Source: Thermoanaerobaculia bacterium (lineage in GTDB: Bacteria; Acidobacteriota; Thermoanaerobaculia; UBA5066). Taken from it: a stretch of 64,000 nt of DNA. Every line of letters begins with the position of its first letter. The first letter of the stretch is position 1. Below the pieces are notes generated by a model. That model had not been told where the DNA came from. It saw nothing but the letters and a program-made list of their open reading frames with translations, and ran no database searches. The translations under genes and the position numbers were made by a program. Location of the stretch: positions 64,001 through 128,000 of the forward strand of contig JBBRRY010000003.1 in NCBI GenBank assembly GCA_038245905.1, read 5' to 3'. Shown here in pieces: positions 1-12,433 of this stretch.

Positions 1-948
1 TCGTATCCGCTCTTCCAGTACGCCCCGTACGATCTCGCGCTCGCGACGCGCATGGGGGACGTGGCGACGCACGTGGGCCTCGACCTCATCCACGTCCACT
101 ACGCTCTTCCACACGCCATTTCGGCCCATCTCGCGCGCGAGATGCTCGCCCCGCGCCGGCTCGGACTCGTCACGACGCTGCACGGGACGGACGTGACGAT
201 CGTCGGGCAGGATCGCTCCTACCTTCCGATCACGCGCTTCGGCATCGAGAAGTCGGACGCCGTGACCGCCGTGTCCGAGCACCTCAAGAGAGTCACGATC
301 GACGTCTTCCAACCCAAGCGTGAGATCGAGGTCGTGCCTAACTTCATCGACCCCAGGCGCTGGACGCCGGAGTCGCCCGAGCGGGCGTGCCGGCTCGGCC
401 CCGCGGGCCGGAAAGTCCTCCTCCACGTCTCGAACTTCCGGCCCGTGAAGCGTGTGCTGGACGTCGTCGAGATTTTCGACCGCGTGAGGCAGCGTGTTCC
501 CGCGACACTCGTCATGATCGGGGACGGGCCCGACCGGCCAGCCGCCGAGGCGCTCTGCCGCGAGAAGGGGATCGCGCATCTGGTGTCGTTCCTCGGGAAC
601 ATGTCAGCGCTCGAGACCGTGATGCCCGCCGCGGACCTCTATCTCCTGCCCTCGGACTCGGAGTCGTTCGGGCTCTCCGCGCTCGAGGCGCAGGCATGTG
701 GCGTCCCGGTTCTGGGCTATGCCGTCGGGGGCCTGCCCGAGGTCGTTGCCGACGGGGAGACGGGCTTCCTCTGCGCCGTGGGCGACGTCGCGAGGCTGGC
801 GGAAGACGGAGCCTCGCTGCTTCTGGATCCGCCCCGGTACGAGGCGATGGCGCACGCGTCGCGGGAACGCGCGATCCGGCTCTTCGACGCGGACGCGATT
901 GTCTCGCGCTACGTCGCTCTGTACGAGCGCGTCCTCGCCGCGGCCTGA
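1..948 (+). CDS. bshA: N-acetyl-alpha-D-glucosaminyl L-malate synthase (bacillithiol biosynthesis GT4), 5' truncated by window edge
   Basis: Frame open from base 1 (SYPLFQYAPYDLALA..); HVHYALPHA, TTLHGTD, HVSNFRPVKR and ESFGLSALEA motifs typical of BshA. Confidence 0.9.
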   Translation, partial: SYPLFQYAPYDLALATRMGDVATHVGLDLIHVHYALPHAISAHLAREMLAPRRLGLVTTLHGTDVTIVGQDRSYLPITRFGIEKSDAVTAVSEHLKRVTIDVFQPKREIEVVPNFIDPRRWTPESPERACRLGPAGRKVLLHVSNFRPVKRVLDVVEIFDRVRQRVPATLVMIGDGPDRPAAEALCREKGIAHLVSFLGNMSALETVMPAADLYLLPSDSESFGLSALEAQACGVPVLGYAVGGLPEVVADGETGFLCAVGDVARLAEDGASLLLDPPRYEAMAHASRERAIRLFDADAIVSRYVALYERVLAAA

Positions 949-1904
949 CGGGCAACCGCCGCGCAGCGAGAGAGCTCGGACCCCGTCGCTCCCCACGAGG
1001 CGGCGCGCCGGAACTCCCCGAAGAGCGTCGTGCCGAAGACTCCGGGGTCGTCCGTCGAGAGCGTCACCGGCACGCCCGCGCGGAGCATGCAGAGGAGCGG
1101 GTGCTCGGCGCCGATTGGGACGGCTCCCGTCCGGAGGTTCGACGTCGGGCACACGTCGCAGACGATGCCTCTCCTCGCGAGCTCCTTCAGAAGCGAGGGA
1201 TCCTCGGCGGCGCGGATCCCGTGCGCGATTCTCACGGGCTTAAGGAAGCGTAGGGCCTCCGCGACGGAATCCGGCCCCCCCCACTCGCCCGCGTGCACGA
1301 CCGGCAGGAGGCCCGCCCTTCGTCCGCGGCGGAACGCTTCGGCGAAATCCGGCGCGGCAAAGGCGGTCTCGTCTCCACCGAGACCGAAGCCGACGACGCG
1401 CGGCCATGGGTGCTCGATCTGGAGATCGAGAACGCGCGAAGCCGCGGCGGGCCCCCAATGCCTGACGAAATCGAGGAGGACGCGCACGCGTCCCTTGCCC
1501 TTCGCCTCGTACTCCGAGAAGACGCGCTCGAGGGCCTCCCTCACGTCGAACCAGTCGAGCCCGATCCTCTCCACGACAGCGGGCGAGACGTAGACCTCGG
1601 CCCAGCGAATGTTTTCCCGCGCGAGGCGCACCACGAGGCCTCGCGCCGCGAGGGCGTAGTCGGCGGGGCTCCCGAGCTGCCGACAGATGTCGCGATAAAA
1701 GGCGAAGAAGGCCTCCGGCGACCCGAGGGCCCTCTGGCGCGCGCGCACGGAGGCGACATCGGGGAAGATGGGTGTAGGCGAGCGGGACGAAAGGCGGACG
1801 AGGGTCGCCGCCGGGATCGCTCCCTCGAGGTGCAGGTGAAGTTCGATCTTCGACGCAAGAGCGAAGCGACGAAGGAAGGTCCGGGCGTCTCGTCGGGCGG
1901 TCAC
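909..1904 (-). CDS. add: adenosine/adenine deaminase
   Basis: KIELHLHLEG, HAGE, RIAHG, CPTSN, STDDP motifs; start placed at GTG 1904 (the ORF-track extension to 2240 overlaps the RDD gene). Confidence 0.85.
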   Translation of the reverse strand: MTARRDARTFLRRFALASKIELHLHLEGAIPAATLVRLSSRSPTPIFPDVASVRARQRALGSPEAFFAFYRDICRQLGSPADYALAARGLVVRLARENIRWAEVYVSPAVVERIGLDWFDVREALERVFSEYEAKGKGRVRVLLDFVRHWGPAAASRVLDLQIEHPWPRVVGFGLGGDETAFAAPDFAEAFRRGRRAGLLPVVHAGEWGGPDSVAEALRFLKPVRIAHGIRAAEDPSLLKELARRGIVCDVCPTSNLRTGAVPIGAEHPLLCMLRAGVPVTLSTDDPGVFGTTLFGEFRRAASWGATGSELSRCAAVARQAAARTRSYRAT

Positions 1905-2369
1905 GTGCGCCCATCGTACGAGAGGCCGTTCGAAACCGGTCCGGTTCCTCTCGGGACGCCGCCGCGCGCGCGGCTCTGGATGCGCGCCGCGGCCTTCGGG
2001 ATCGACCTCATCCTCGTCGCGGGCGTGCCCCTTTTGCTGGCCTCCGCGATCGTCCTCGGAGTCCACGCGGCTGCGCTGGCTTCCCCGGCTCCGGCGGGCC
2101 TCGACGCCGGTTTCCGCGCCGCCCAGGCCGTCGCCGTGTGTCTTTTCCTCCTGCGCGACACCGACGGCGGAAGCCCCGGCAAGCGGCTCTTCGGACTGCG
2201 CGTCATCCGCAGGGGGGGCGCCCGGGCGGGTGCCCTTCAATCGCTCCTCCGGAACGTCCCGCTTCTGATTCCGGGATGGAATCTCATTGAGTTGGTGTCA
2301 CTTATACGTCGTGAGGACGGTCGACGGCCAGGCGACCAGGTGGCGGGGACCGCTCTTGTCGAGGCCTGA
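1905..2369 (+). CDS. RDD family membrane protein
   Basis: RAAAFGID...SPGKRLFGLRV...LLRN...RRPGDQVAGT pattern; start GTG 1905 or ATG 1980 uncertain. Confidence 0.75.
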   Translation: MRPSYERPFETGPVPLGTPPRARLWMRAAAFGIDLILVAGVPLLLASAIVLGVHAAALASPAPAGLDAGFRAAQAVAVCLFLLRDTDGGSPGKRLFGLRVIRRGGARAGALQSLLRNVPLLIPGWNLIELVSLIRREDGRRPGDQVAGTALVEA

Positions 2370-2432
2370 TCACCCGCCGCTCCGAAACTTTCCAGCACGG
2401 TTCGCCGTTCTCTCTATACAGGGAGCTTTGAA

Positions 2433-3284
2433 ATGTTCGAGAGCCCGTCCGTTACCCGCGCAAACGACAAACGGCGTCGCATGAGCCCGGTCGTGGCCGC
2501 CCTTTCGGTGGCTCTCCTCGCGGCATCTTCTTCCTTGTTGAAGGCCGAGGACGCAACGCAGGAGCGATTCGAGAAGAAGTACGACCTCGCCGGCGTCCGC
2601 AAGGTGAGGGTCCAGAACGTGAACGGAGTCATTCAGATCGAATCGGGAGGCGACCAGATGCAGGTTGTCGCGGTCAAGAAGGTGAAGTCCTCCTCCGACG
2701 CCGACGTTCTCAAGGAAACCGAAATCCGGGTGACGAAGGCCGGAAGCACGATCGAAGTAGAGACGATCCTGCCCAAGCGCGGGCGGTTCTTCCAGTGGTC
2801 TTTCTTCGGTCGGACCGGGTCGGCGGACGTGGCGTACCTGATCACGCTTCCGCCGTCGGTCGCGCTGGAGGCCGAGACCGTAAACGGGCGAATCACGGCC
2901 GCGAACCGCTCCGGCGACCTGGTCCTGTCGACCGTGAACGGCGGGGTCCGCGTCGACGGGCACGATGGGCCCCTCAAGGTGAACACGGTGAACGGTTCGG
3001 TCGAGGTGTCCTTCGCCGGCCCCATGCGGCAGGCGAGTCTCGAAACGGTCAACGGCTCGGTCACCGTGACCTGCGCGCGCGAGTCGTCGATTCGCTGCAC
3101 GCTCCAGACGACGAATGGCCGTATCCAGTCGCAGTTTCCGGAGGTCACGGTCGAGGGCAAGTGGGGCCCGAAGGAGGCCCGCGGCGCGATCAACGGCGGG
3201 CGGGAGAGCCTCGCCGTCGAGACCGTGAACGGCGACGTCCGCCTTTTCGTCGCGGACGCGGCGGGGGTCCCGACCCGCAAGTAG
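2433..3284 (+). CDS. DUF4097-type beta-strand repeat (adhesin-like) exported protein
   Basis: Hydrophobic signal segment; about seven xTVNG-like repeats; GGGAG upstream of ATG 2433. Confidence 0.75.
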   Translation: MFESPSVTRANDKRRRMSPVVAALSVALLAASSSLLKAEDATQERFEKKYDLAGVRKVRVQNVNGVIQIESGGDQMQVVAVKKVKSSSDADVLKETEIRVTKAGSTIEVETILPKRGRFFQWSFFGRTGSADVAYLITLPPSVALEAETVNGRITAANRSGDLVLSTVNGGVRVDGHDGPLKVNTVNGSVEVSFAGPMRQASLETVNGSVTVTCARESSIRCTLQTTNGRIQSQFPEVTVEGKWGPKEARGAINGGRESLAVETVNGDVRLFVADAAGVPTRK

Positions 3285-3287
3285 AAA

Positions 3288-3372
<85 letters not shown>

Positions 3373-3394
3373 ACGGGGAACGCGAGGGAAGGGG

Positions 3395-3400
3395 ATTCTA
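3395..3400 (-). promoter_or_regulatory. putative -10 element (TAGAAT) for tRNA-Leu
   Basis: TAGAAT 22 nt upstream of the tRNA 5' end, in an AT-rich patch. Confidence 0.45.
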
Positions 3401-3427
3401 GCCGAAAACTATTTGCCGAAACTATTT
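3401..3427. repeat. short tandem duplication GCCGAAA(A)CTATTT x2
   Basis: 3401-3414 and 3415-3427; duplicates the secG stop-codon region. Confidence 0.7.
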
Positions 3428-3760
3428 CGCGGACGTCGCCGGTGCCGCAGGAACGGGTGCCGGAGCCGGAGCCGGAACGGCGGCCTTCGCGGGCACGCCC
3501 GCCTTCGCCCTCGCGAGGACCGAAGACCGAGGCCTTGCCTGGATGAGCGAGATCGTGACGGCGAGGACGGAGAAGGCCACGAAGGACCACGTCGTGATCC
3601 TTTCGAGGAGCGTCGTGGCTCCGCGGGCGCCGAACGTCGTCTGAGAGGATGAAGCGCCGAAGGCGGCCGAAACGTCCGCGCCCTTTCCCTGCTGCAGAAG
3701 GACGACAAGGATGAGGAAGACGCAGACGACGACGTAAACGGGAACAAGTACGTAAATCAT
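3422..3760 (-). CDS. secG: preprotein translocase subunit SecG
   Basis: LILVVLLQQGKGAD..FG..GA..LERIT; two TM helices; between tpiA and tRNA-Leu. Confidence 0.93.
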   Translation of the reverse strand: MIYVLVPVYVVVCVFLILVVLLQQGKGADVSAAFGASSSQTTFGARGATTLLERITTWSFVAFSVLAVTISLIQARPRSSVLARAKAGVPAKAAVPAPAPAPVPAAPATSAK

Positions 3761-3825
3761 GTTCGGTGGTGCTCCGGACCCTCGGGCGAAGGCCCGGGGG
3801 CCGAAGATGATAGCGGAATCGCCCG

Positions 3826-4605
3826 TCAGGCGCGAGCGGCGCGAGTAGCGGAGGCTGCTGCGGCGGCAAGAAGGGCCGTGACGTCTTTCACCACGAGGGA
3901 GGCGCCCCCCACGAGGCCGCCGTCCACCTCCGCCTCCTGGAAGAGGCCGGGGGCGCTCGCGGGCGACACAGAGCCCCCGTAGAGGATCCGGATCGAAGCG
4001 GCGGCCCCCGTGCCGAACCGGGCCGCGATTTCGGCTCGCAGCCGCGCGTGGACCTCGGCGGCCATCCGGGGCGTGGCGGGGAGCCCGGTCCCGATCGCCC
4101 AGACCGGTTCGTAGGCAAGGACGAGTCCGGGCGGCGGTGCGGAGAACCCGTCCAGAGCGGCGAGCTGGTTCCGGAGGACGTCGGCCGTGCGGCCGGCGTC
4201 GCGCTCGGCGCGTCTCTCGCCAACGCAGTAGACGGGAGCGAGACCCTGCTCGGCGAGCCGCTCCATCTTTCGGGCGAACTCGGGCTCGCGTTCGCCCCGG
4301 AAGAGGCGGCGCTCGCTGTGGCCTACGAGGACGAGGGCGACCCCGGCGTCCTTGAGCATCGAGGCGGACACTTCGCCGGTGAACGCCCCCTCCTTCTCGA
4401 CATACACATCCTGCGCCCCCAGCGCGATGCCCGTTCCGGAGAGCGCGGCGCGGACGCGGTCGAGAGCCGGGAACGACGGCGCGATTGCGAAGTCGACCTC
4501 TCGAGGCCGGGAAATTGCTACGAGCACGCGCGCGAGCTCCGCGGCGGCCGACGGCGTCTGCGTCATCTTCCAGTTCGCGACGAGGAGGCGGCGCCGGATG
4601 CTCAA
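3826..4605 (-). CDS. tpiA: triosephosphate isomerase
   Basis: [46 protein letters not shown]. Confidence 0.97.
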   Translation of the reverse strand: MSIRRRLLVANWKMTQTPSAAAELARVLVAISRPREVDFAIAPSFPALDRVRAALSGTGIALGAQDVYVEKEGAFTGEVSASMLKDAGVALVLVGHSERRLFRGEREPEFARKMERLAEQGLAPVYCVGERRAERDAGRTADVLRNQLAALDGFSAPPPGLVLAYEPVWAIGTGLPATPRMAAEVHARLRAEIAARFGTGAAASIRILYGGSVSPASAPGLFQEAEVDGGLVGGASLVVKDVTALLAAAAASATRAARA

Positions 4606-5801
4606 CGCAAGGCTTCCACGCCGGGAAGCTTCTCGCCCGCCACGAGGTCGAGCGAGGCGCCGCCGCCAGTGGACACGTGCGAGATCTTCGCGGCGAGGCC
4701 CGCCTCTTTCAGGGCCTCGACGCTCTCGCCGCCGCCGACGACGGTGAAAGCCGAGGAGTCCGCCAGAATCTGCGCGACGGCACGCGTGCCGGCGTCGAAC
4801 GGCTTCGTCTCGAAGACGCCCATGGGCCCGTTCCAGAAAATCGTCTTGGCATCCCGGGTCATCCGCCGGAACATCTCGATCGTCTTCGTCCCGATGTCGA
4901 ATGCGGCGGTGTTCTCGGGGATCGCGTTCATGGCGACCGTCTTGACGGCATTCGGTTCGCTTGCTCTCTCGAGCGAAGGCGCCACCACGAAGTCCGAGGG
5001 CAGGACGAGCTGAACGCCGCGCTCCTTGCAGCGGTCGATGATCTGCCGGGCGACGGGGACGCCCTCCTTCTCGAGCAGGGAGCCGCCCACCGGAAGGCCG
5101 AGCGCCGCGATGAAATGGTTTGCCATCCCCCCGCCCACGAGGACGACGTCCGCTTTCTCGACGAGGGCCTTGAGGGCCGCGAGCTTTCCCATGATCTTCG
5201 CGCCGCCGAGGATGGCGGCGAACGGCCGGTCGATCTCGGTGACGACTCTCGCGAGCGCCGTCAGCTCCCGCTCCATGAGCAGGCCCATCCCGCGCCTGTC
5301 CTTCGGGAAAAGAGCCGCCATCCCGGCGGTCGAGGCATGAGCGCGATGGGCCGTGCCGAACGCGTCGTCGACGTAGACCTCGGCGAGGGCGGCGAGCTCG
5401 CGGCAGAACGCCGGGTCGTTTCCCTCTTCGCCGGGGTGAAACCGCAGGTTCTCGAGGAGGAGGACACCGCCTGGCTTCAGGGTAGCCACGGCTTTCTCCG
5501 TCTCGGGGCCGACACAGTCGGACGCGAAGGCCACGGGCACGCCGAGGCGCGCCTCGAGCGTGCGTGCGACAGGGGCCAACGAGTACTTCGGGTCCTTTGC
5601 ACCCTTCGCCTTCCCGAGGTGCGACGCGAGGACGAGACGGGCGCCCCTCTCCCTCGCGAGGTGGAGGGTGGGGAGCGCCTCGACGACGCGCGTGTCGTCG
5701 CGCACGACGCCGTCCTTGAGCGGCACGTTGAAGTCCACGCGCACGAAGACACGCTTGCCGTCGAGGTCGAGGTCCCGGATCGAACGCGGAAGGCCGGACA
5801 T
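4602..5801 (-). CDS. pgk: phosphoglycerate kinase
   Basis: [43 protein letters not shown]; GGAGG SD before ATG 5801. Confidence 0.97.
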   Translation of the reverse strand: MSGLPRSIRDLDLDGKRVFVRVDFNVPLKDGVVRDDTRVVEALPTLHLARERGARLVLASHLGKAKGAKDPKYSLAPVARTLEARLGVPVAFASDCVGPETEKAVATLKPGGVLLLENLRFHPGEEGNDPAFCRELAALAEVYVDDAFGTAHRAHASTAGMAALFPKDRRGMGLLMERELTALARVVTEIDRPFAAILGGAKIMGKLAALKALVEKADVVLVGGGMANHFIAALGLPVGGSLLEKEGVPVARQIIDRCKERGVQLVLPSDFVVAPSLERASEPNAVKTVAMNAIPENTAAFDIGTKTIEMFRRMTRDAKTIFWNGPMGVFETKPFDAGTRAVAQILADSSAFTVVGGGESVEALKEAGLAAKISHVSTGGGASLDLVAGEKLPGVEALR

Positions 5802-5868
5802 GAGTCCTCCTCTTTCGGAAGGTCGATCATCCGATCTTATGCGCCCCATGGCCTCTATAGTCTCGTCC

Positions 5869-6966
5869 GTGACGAAAGGCTCCGTTCCCGCTACAAGGGT
5901 CAGCCCATACTCCTATAAGGCCGGACGGCTGCGGCTCCTGGACCAGCGTCGCCTCCCGCACGAGGAGGTGTTCCTCGACTGCGAAAGCGCCGCCCAGACC
6001 GCCGAGGCCATCCGCGGGCTTGCTGTACGCGGCGCCCCGCTGATCGGCGTCGCCGCGGCCTACGGTCTCTGCGCGGAGGCGCACCGCGTGGCCGAGCGTG
6101 TCCCCGAAGACCTCGACGTCGCGCTTGCGCTCGGTGCCGAGAGGCTCGTTTCGTCACGGCCCACCGCCGTGAATCTCGCCTGGGCGGTCGGCCGGATGCG
6201 CACGGTGGTCGAGGCGTCATCGGGCGGCGCCGCGGGAGAGCGGATCTTTCTCCTCGAGGCCGAGGCCGACCGCATCGCCGAGGAGGATCGCCTAGCCTGC
6301 CTCGCGATCGGCCGCCTCGGCGCGGCGTGGCTCTCGGCCCACTGGTCCCTGACCTCCGGGATTCCGACAGTGCTCACGCATTGCAACGCGGGGGCTCTCG
6401 CAACCGCGGGGATCGGCACCGCGCTCGGAATCGTCCGGGCGCTCGCGGCCGAGGGTCCGGTCGCGATTCTCGCGGACGAGACGCGGCCTTTCCTGCAGGG
6501 CGCGCGCCTGACGGCATGGGAGCTGCGCGAGGACGGGCTCGACGTCACGCTCCTCCCGGACGTCGCGGCGGCCTCGCTGATCGCTCGTGGCCGGGTGCAT
6601 GGCGTCGTCGTCGGCGCGGACCGCATCGCGGCGAACGGGGACGTGGCCAACAAAGTCGGGACGTACGGTCTCGCGCTTGCGTGCCGCGCGCACGGCGTGC
6701 CGTTCGTTGTGGCGGCGCCGACGTCGACGGTCGACCTCGCGACGCCAGATGGCGCGTCGATCCCGATCGAGGAGCGCGACGGGAGAGAGGTGCTCGCGCT
6801 GCCTCTTCCGGGGGGTGGCACGGCGTACCTCGCGCCCGCGGGAGTCGGCGCCCTCTATCCCGCCTTCGACGTGACGCCGGCCGTCCTAGTCGACGCGATT
6901 GTCACGGAGCGCGGAGTTTCCGAGCCTCCGCACGTCCGGGAGCTCGCGCGATTTGTTTCGCGATGA
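5869..6966 (+). CDS. mtnA: S-methyl-5-thioribose-1-phosphate isomerase
   Basis: [65 protein letters not shown]. Confidence 0.94.
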   Translation: MTKGSVPATRVSPYSYKAGRLRLLDQRRLPHEEVFLDCESAAQTAEAIRGLAVRGAPLIGVAAAYGLCAEAHRVAERVPEDLDVALALGAERLVSSRPTAVNLAWAVGRMRTVVEASSGGAAGERIFLLEAEADRIAEEDRLACLAIGRLGAAWLSAHWSLTSGIPTVLTHCNAGALATAGIGTALGIVRALAAEGPVAILADETRPFLQGARLTAWELREDGLDVTLLPDVAAASLIARGRVHGVVVGADRIAANGDVANKVGTYGLALACRAHGVPFVVAAPTSTVDLATPDGASIPIEERDGREVLALPLPGGGTAYLAPAGVGALYPAFDVTPAVLVDAIVTERGVSEPPHVRELARFVSR

Positions 6967-8045
6967 CGAAGAACGGCCCCGTCGTCCTCGCGCTCGAGAC
7001 GTCCTGCGACGAGACTGCCGTGGCGCTCGTCGACGGCGCGGGGCGCGTCCTTTCGTCCCGCATCGCATCGCAGGAAGACGCGCATCGCCTCTTTGGCGGC
7101 GTCGTTCCGGAGATTGCGGCCCGCGCGCACCTCGAGAACCTGCCTCCGCTCCTCGACGCAGTGCTCCTGGACGCCGGAGCGGCGCTCACGGACGTCTCCG
7201 TCGTCGCGGCCACGGCTGGGCCGGGCCTCGTCGGAGCGCTTCTCGTCGGCCTCTCGGAGGCCAAGGGGCTCGCGCTCGGCCTCGGAGTTCCCTTCGTTCC
7301 CGTCCACCACATCGAGGGACATGCTCTCTCCCCGTTTTTACCGACGGACGGAGGCGCGGCGGCCGCGGTGCCGGATGAGTTCTCGGCGCTCGTCGTTTCG
7401 GGCGGCCACACGCACGTCTTCGCATTCTCGGGCGTCCGGATCGAGCGCCTCGCGCGGACGCGCGACGACGCGGCGGGGGAAGCCTTCGACAAGGTCGCCA
7501 AGATGGCGGGGCTCGGCTACCCGGGCGGGCCGGCCGTGGACCGGCTGGCGCGGCGCGGCGTGGCGAGACGCCCTTTCGCGGTCGCGCACTTTAAGGACGG
7601 CTCTTCGGATTTCAGCTTCTCGGGCCTGAAGACGGCGGTCAAAGAGCGGCTATTGGAGCTCGGCCGCGCGCCGACGGCTGGAATTCCAAAGGGTCCGGAG
7701 CTTCGCGAGGGAGACGCGCCGCAGGGGCTTTGCGATCTGATGGCGGATGTGGAGGAGGCGATCGTCGCGCAGCTCCTCGACCGTCTCTCCCGGCTTCACG
7801 AGGTTCGACGGCTGGGTGTTCTCTCCGTGTCGGGCGGAGTCGCGGCGAACACGCTCGTGAGAGAGCGCATCCCGGCGTGGGGGCGGTCGCGCGGGGTGGA
7901 CGTGAGGGTGGCCCCGCGACCTCTCACCGGCGACAATGCCGTGATGATCGCGTTCGCGGGGCTGAGAAGGCTCGCCCAGGGGCGCTTCGGGGAGGGGCTC
8001 GGCGCGGTGGCGCGCTCGCGCTGGCCGCTCGAAACGATAGAATAG
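6963..8045 (+). CDS. tsaD: tRNA threonylcarbamoyladenosine biosynthesis protein TsaD
   Basis: [57 protein letters not shown]; ATGA overlap with mtnA. Confidence 0.96.
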   Translation: MTKNGPVVLALETSCDETAVALVDGAGRVLSSRIASQEDAHRLFGGVVPEIAARAHLENLPPLLDAVLLDAGAALTDVSVVAATAGPGLVGALLVGLSEAKGLALGLGVPFVPVHHIEGHALSPFLPTDGGAAAAVPDEFSALVVSGGHTHVFAFSGVRIERLARTRDDAAGEAFDKVAKMAGLGYPGGPAVDRLARRGVARRPFAVAHFKDGSSDFSFSGLKTAVKERLLELGRAPTAGIPKGPELREGDAPQGLCDLMADVEEAIVAQLLDRLSRLHEVRRLGVLSVSGGVAANTLVRERIPAWGRSRGVDVRVAPRPLTGDNAVMIAFAGLRRLAQGRFGEGLGAVARSRWPLETIE

Positions 8046-8080
8046 AGGGCTCGCGAGCGGCCGGCCGGTCGCGCGTCACC

Positions 8081-8100
8081 TTCATCACCATTCATCACCA
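8081..8100 (+). repeat. perfect 10-bp tandem repeat TTCATCACCA x2 just upstream of lepA
   Basis: 8081-8090 = 8091-8100; partial copy TCACC at 8076-8080. Confidence 0.8.
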
Positions 8101-8106
8101 AAGGCT

Positions 8107-9905
<1,799 letters not shown>

Positions 9906-9906
<1 letters not shown>

Positions 9907-10586
9907 TGACCCCGGTGGCCCGCCTCGTGGACACGGCGGAGGCCGTCCTCGTGGCCGCGGCGCTCGCCCTCGCCTTCAAGGGGTTCGTCTTCCAGATCTA
10001 CCATGTGCCGAGCGCCTCGATGGAAGACACGGTCGTGGCGGGCGATTACGTCCTCGTGAACAAGTTTGCCTACGGCGTCCATGATGGTCCCTGGAAACGG
10101 GTTCTCCCGTACCGCGACCTGACGCGCGGAGACGTCGTCGTCTTCCGATATCCGCCCGAGCCGGAGCGCGATTTCGTGAAGCGCGTCGCCGGCCTGCCGC
10201 GAGACAGGGTGGCGATCGACGAGAAGACGCTCCGCGTGAACGGCGCGGTCGTGACCGAGCCCTACGTCGTGCATCGCGACGCGGGGACGTTCGGAGCCGG
10301 CGCGCCGCCGACCCTGAAGCGTCGCGACAACCTCGGACCGATCGAGGTCGAGGAGCGCCGATTTTTCGCGCTGGGAGACAACCGGGACGAGTCGCAGGAT
10401 TCGCGGTTCTGGGGCTCCGTGCCCCTGGCGCATCTCGAGGGCCGCGCCGCCGTTGTCCTGTGGTCCGTCCGCGAGGGTTCACGGTCTTTTTCGGGTCGCG
10501 GAGCGGCGTTACGCCGTTTGATCGATACCGCGCTACACTTTTTGTCGCGGACTCGCTGGGAGAGAAGCTTTCACGCCATTCACTAG
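9906..10586 (+). CDS. lepB: signal peptidase I
   Basis: VPSASM (Ser), DFVKRV (Lys), GDNRDESQDSRFWG; TGATG coupling to lepA. Confidence 0.93.
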
Positions 10587-10618
10587 AGCGGGCTCGAACG
10601 CGCCGGAAGGAGAACAAC

Positions 10619-10987
10619 ATGAGGCAAGCTGCCAGGGAGTCCCGCCGGGGGGAAGGCGCTTTCGGGCTCGTCGTCGGGCTGGCGATCCTGTTCGTCGTCG
10701 TCGTCGGTCTCGTTCGGATCGTTCCGCTCCACATCCGCGGGAACGAGGTCCTGGATTCGCTGAACGAAGCCGCCAACTTCGGCGGCCTGAAGACGCCCGA
10801 GAAGCTTCAGATGGACGTCTACCTGCGCGCACAGGACTCGAAGGTGCCGCTCAAGCTGGAAGCGATCCGCGTGGAGCGCAGCGGCACGTACATCGCCATT
10901 TCGGCCAAGTATGAGCAGATGGTCGACGTCTTCGGTTACAAGTACGTATACCGATTCGACAAGCGGGTCGAGAAACCCGTCTTCTGA
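10619..10987 (+). CDS. single-TM protein with pilin-like N-terminus (DUF4845-like)
   Basis: GGAAGGAG SD; RRGEG followed by hydrophobic helix; position after lepB matches DUF4845 genes. Confidence 0.55.
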   Translation: MRQAARESRRGEGAFGLVVGLAILFVVVVGLVRIVPLHIRGNEVLDSLNEAANFGGLKTPEKLQMDVYLRAQDSKVPLKLEAIRVERSGTYIAISAKYEQMVDVFGYKYVYRFDKRVEKPVF

Positions 10988-11043
10988 TCCGGGATCGGCG
11001 GAACCGGTCCCGCGGGAACGATGACCCGCCGCCGCTCGCCGAG

Positions 11044-11415
11044 GTGCGTCTCGACGTGTGGCTGGACGTCTCGTGCCTCTTTCCGACGCGGTCGCAGGCG
11101 GCTGCGGCATGCACGGGCGGTAAGGTGCATCTGAACGGTCACGGTGCCGCGGCGCACCGGCCGCTGCGCGTTCACGACCGGCTCGAAATCACGTTCAAAC
11201 GTGATCGACGGACGTTCCTCGTGAAGGGCCTCGCGGAGAGAAGCATTCCGAAGTCCCAGGCTCGCCTTCTCTACGAAGAAACGACACCGCCCCTCGCCCC
11301 CGAGATTCTCGAGGCGCGGCGGCTCGAGCGACTGCTCGCGCCGCGGCGGGACGAAAAGGGCGGCAAGCTCTCCAAGAAAGAGCGCCGCGACCGGGACAAG
11401 GCGCGTGGATGGTGA
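11044..11415 (+). CDS. hslR: S4-domain RNA-binding protein (Hsp15)
   Basis: RLDVWL..C.FPTRSQA..AC.GGKV.LNG, LYEE, basic KKERRD C-terminus. Confidence 0.85.
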   Translation: MRLDVWLDVSCLFPTRSQAAAACTGGKVHLNGHGAAAHRPLRVHDRLEITFKRDRRTFLVKGLAERSIPKSQARLLYEETTPPLAPEILEARRLERLLAPRRDEKGGKLSKKERRDRDKARGW

Positions 11416-12413
11416 CGACGGGGGGCGCCCGGATGGCCCGCGGCCAGGTTTGGCGCCTTCGGCTCTACGAGGTCGTCGTACTCGCCGATTTCGTCGTCGT
11501 CGCGTGGCTCATACGCCACCGGGCCCGGCTCGATCTGGACCTGTCGCGGACGCTCCGCGATCTTCCCGCCTTCGCGCTTTACGCGGCAAGCTTTCTTCTC
11601 GCCGGCCTCGTCCTGAGAAGCTTCTTCGTCGGGCGGCGCTCCGGCCGGCGGGCCTGGGTTCGGTTTCGAGCAGCGTTCCGGCCCGGTTCTCTCGTCGACC
11701 TCGCGCGCTTCCTCGTCATCGTCAGCCTCACGTCCTATGTCTACAGCTGGCTCAAGGCGACGCTGCCGCTTCTCCGACCAGACGTCCTCTTCGACGACGC
11801 TCTTTTTCGCGTCGAGACCGCGCTCCACTTCGGGGTGAACCCCGGACGTCTCCTGCAGGGGCTGTTCCCGTACGCCGCACTCTGGAAGGGGCTCGACGGC
11901 TGGTACGCGTTCTTCATCTATACGGTCATGGCGGGCCTCGGGTGGTTCGCGTCCGTCCTCTCGCGCCGGGACAGGGCCCGCTTTTCGACGGGCTTCGCTC
12001 TCCTCTGGGTCCTCGGCTCGTGGTGGTACTTCGCGATGCCGTCCCTCGGCCCGTGCTACGTCCTCCAGGACGATTACGCCGAGGTGCGGGCCTCGATGCC
12101 GATGCAGTCCGCGACCATGGATGTCCTCTTCGCGCAATACGGCCGCATCCGGGCCTTCCGCCGGCACCCGGAAGGCCTCGACGTCTCTCCGTATCTCGGC
12201 ATCGCAGCGATGCCGTCTCTTCACGTGGCGGCGCAGGCCTTTCTCGCGTTCTTCGCGCGGCGGCGGTCGCGGACGCTGTTCCTCCTCTATTCCGCGGCGA
12301 CGGCCCTCACGATATTCGCGGCCGTGGTCAGCGGGTGGCACTACGCCATCGACGTCTACGCCGGGCTTCTCCTCGCATGGGGATGCGTCCGTCTCGGCGA
12401 GCGCTTCGGCTGA
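11409..12413 (+). CDS. PAP2-family (Aur1/PAP2_3-like) integral membrane phosphatase/phosphotransferase
   Basis: Multi-TM; MPSLGP, AMPSLHVA, GWHYAIDVYAG. Confidence 0.8.
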   Translation: MVTTGGARMARGQVWRLRLYEVVVLADFVVVAWLIRHRARLDLDLSRTLRDLPAFALYAASFLLAGLVLRSFFVGRRSGRRAWVRFRAAFRPGSLVDLARFLVIVSLTSYVYSWLKATLPLLRPDVLFDDALFRVETALHFGVNPGRLLQGLFPYAALWKGLDGWYAFFIYTVMAGLGWFASVLSRRDRARFSTGFALLWVLGSWWYFAMPSLGPCYVLQDDYAEVRASMPMQSATMDVLFAQYGRIRAFRRHPEGLDVSPYLGIAAMPSLHVAAQAFLAFFARRRSRTLFLLYSAATALTIFAAVVSGWHYAIDVYAGLLLAWGCVRLGERFG

Positions 12414-12433
12414 GCGCGTAACATCGATTCTCG

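Noticed and set aside
2870-3235. Recurrent ACCGTGAACGG-like DNA repeats as a CRISPR or other array
   Set aside because: They encode the TVNG protein repeats of the DUF4097-type gene; no cas genes are present
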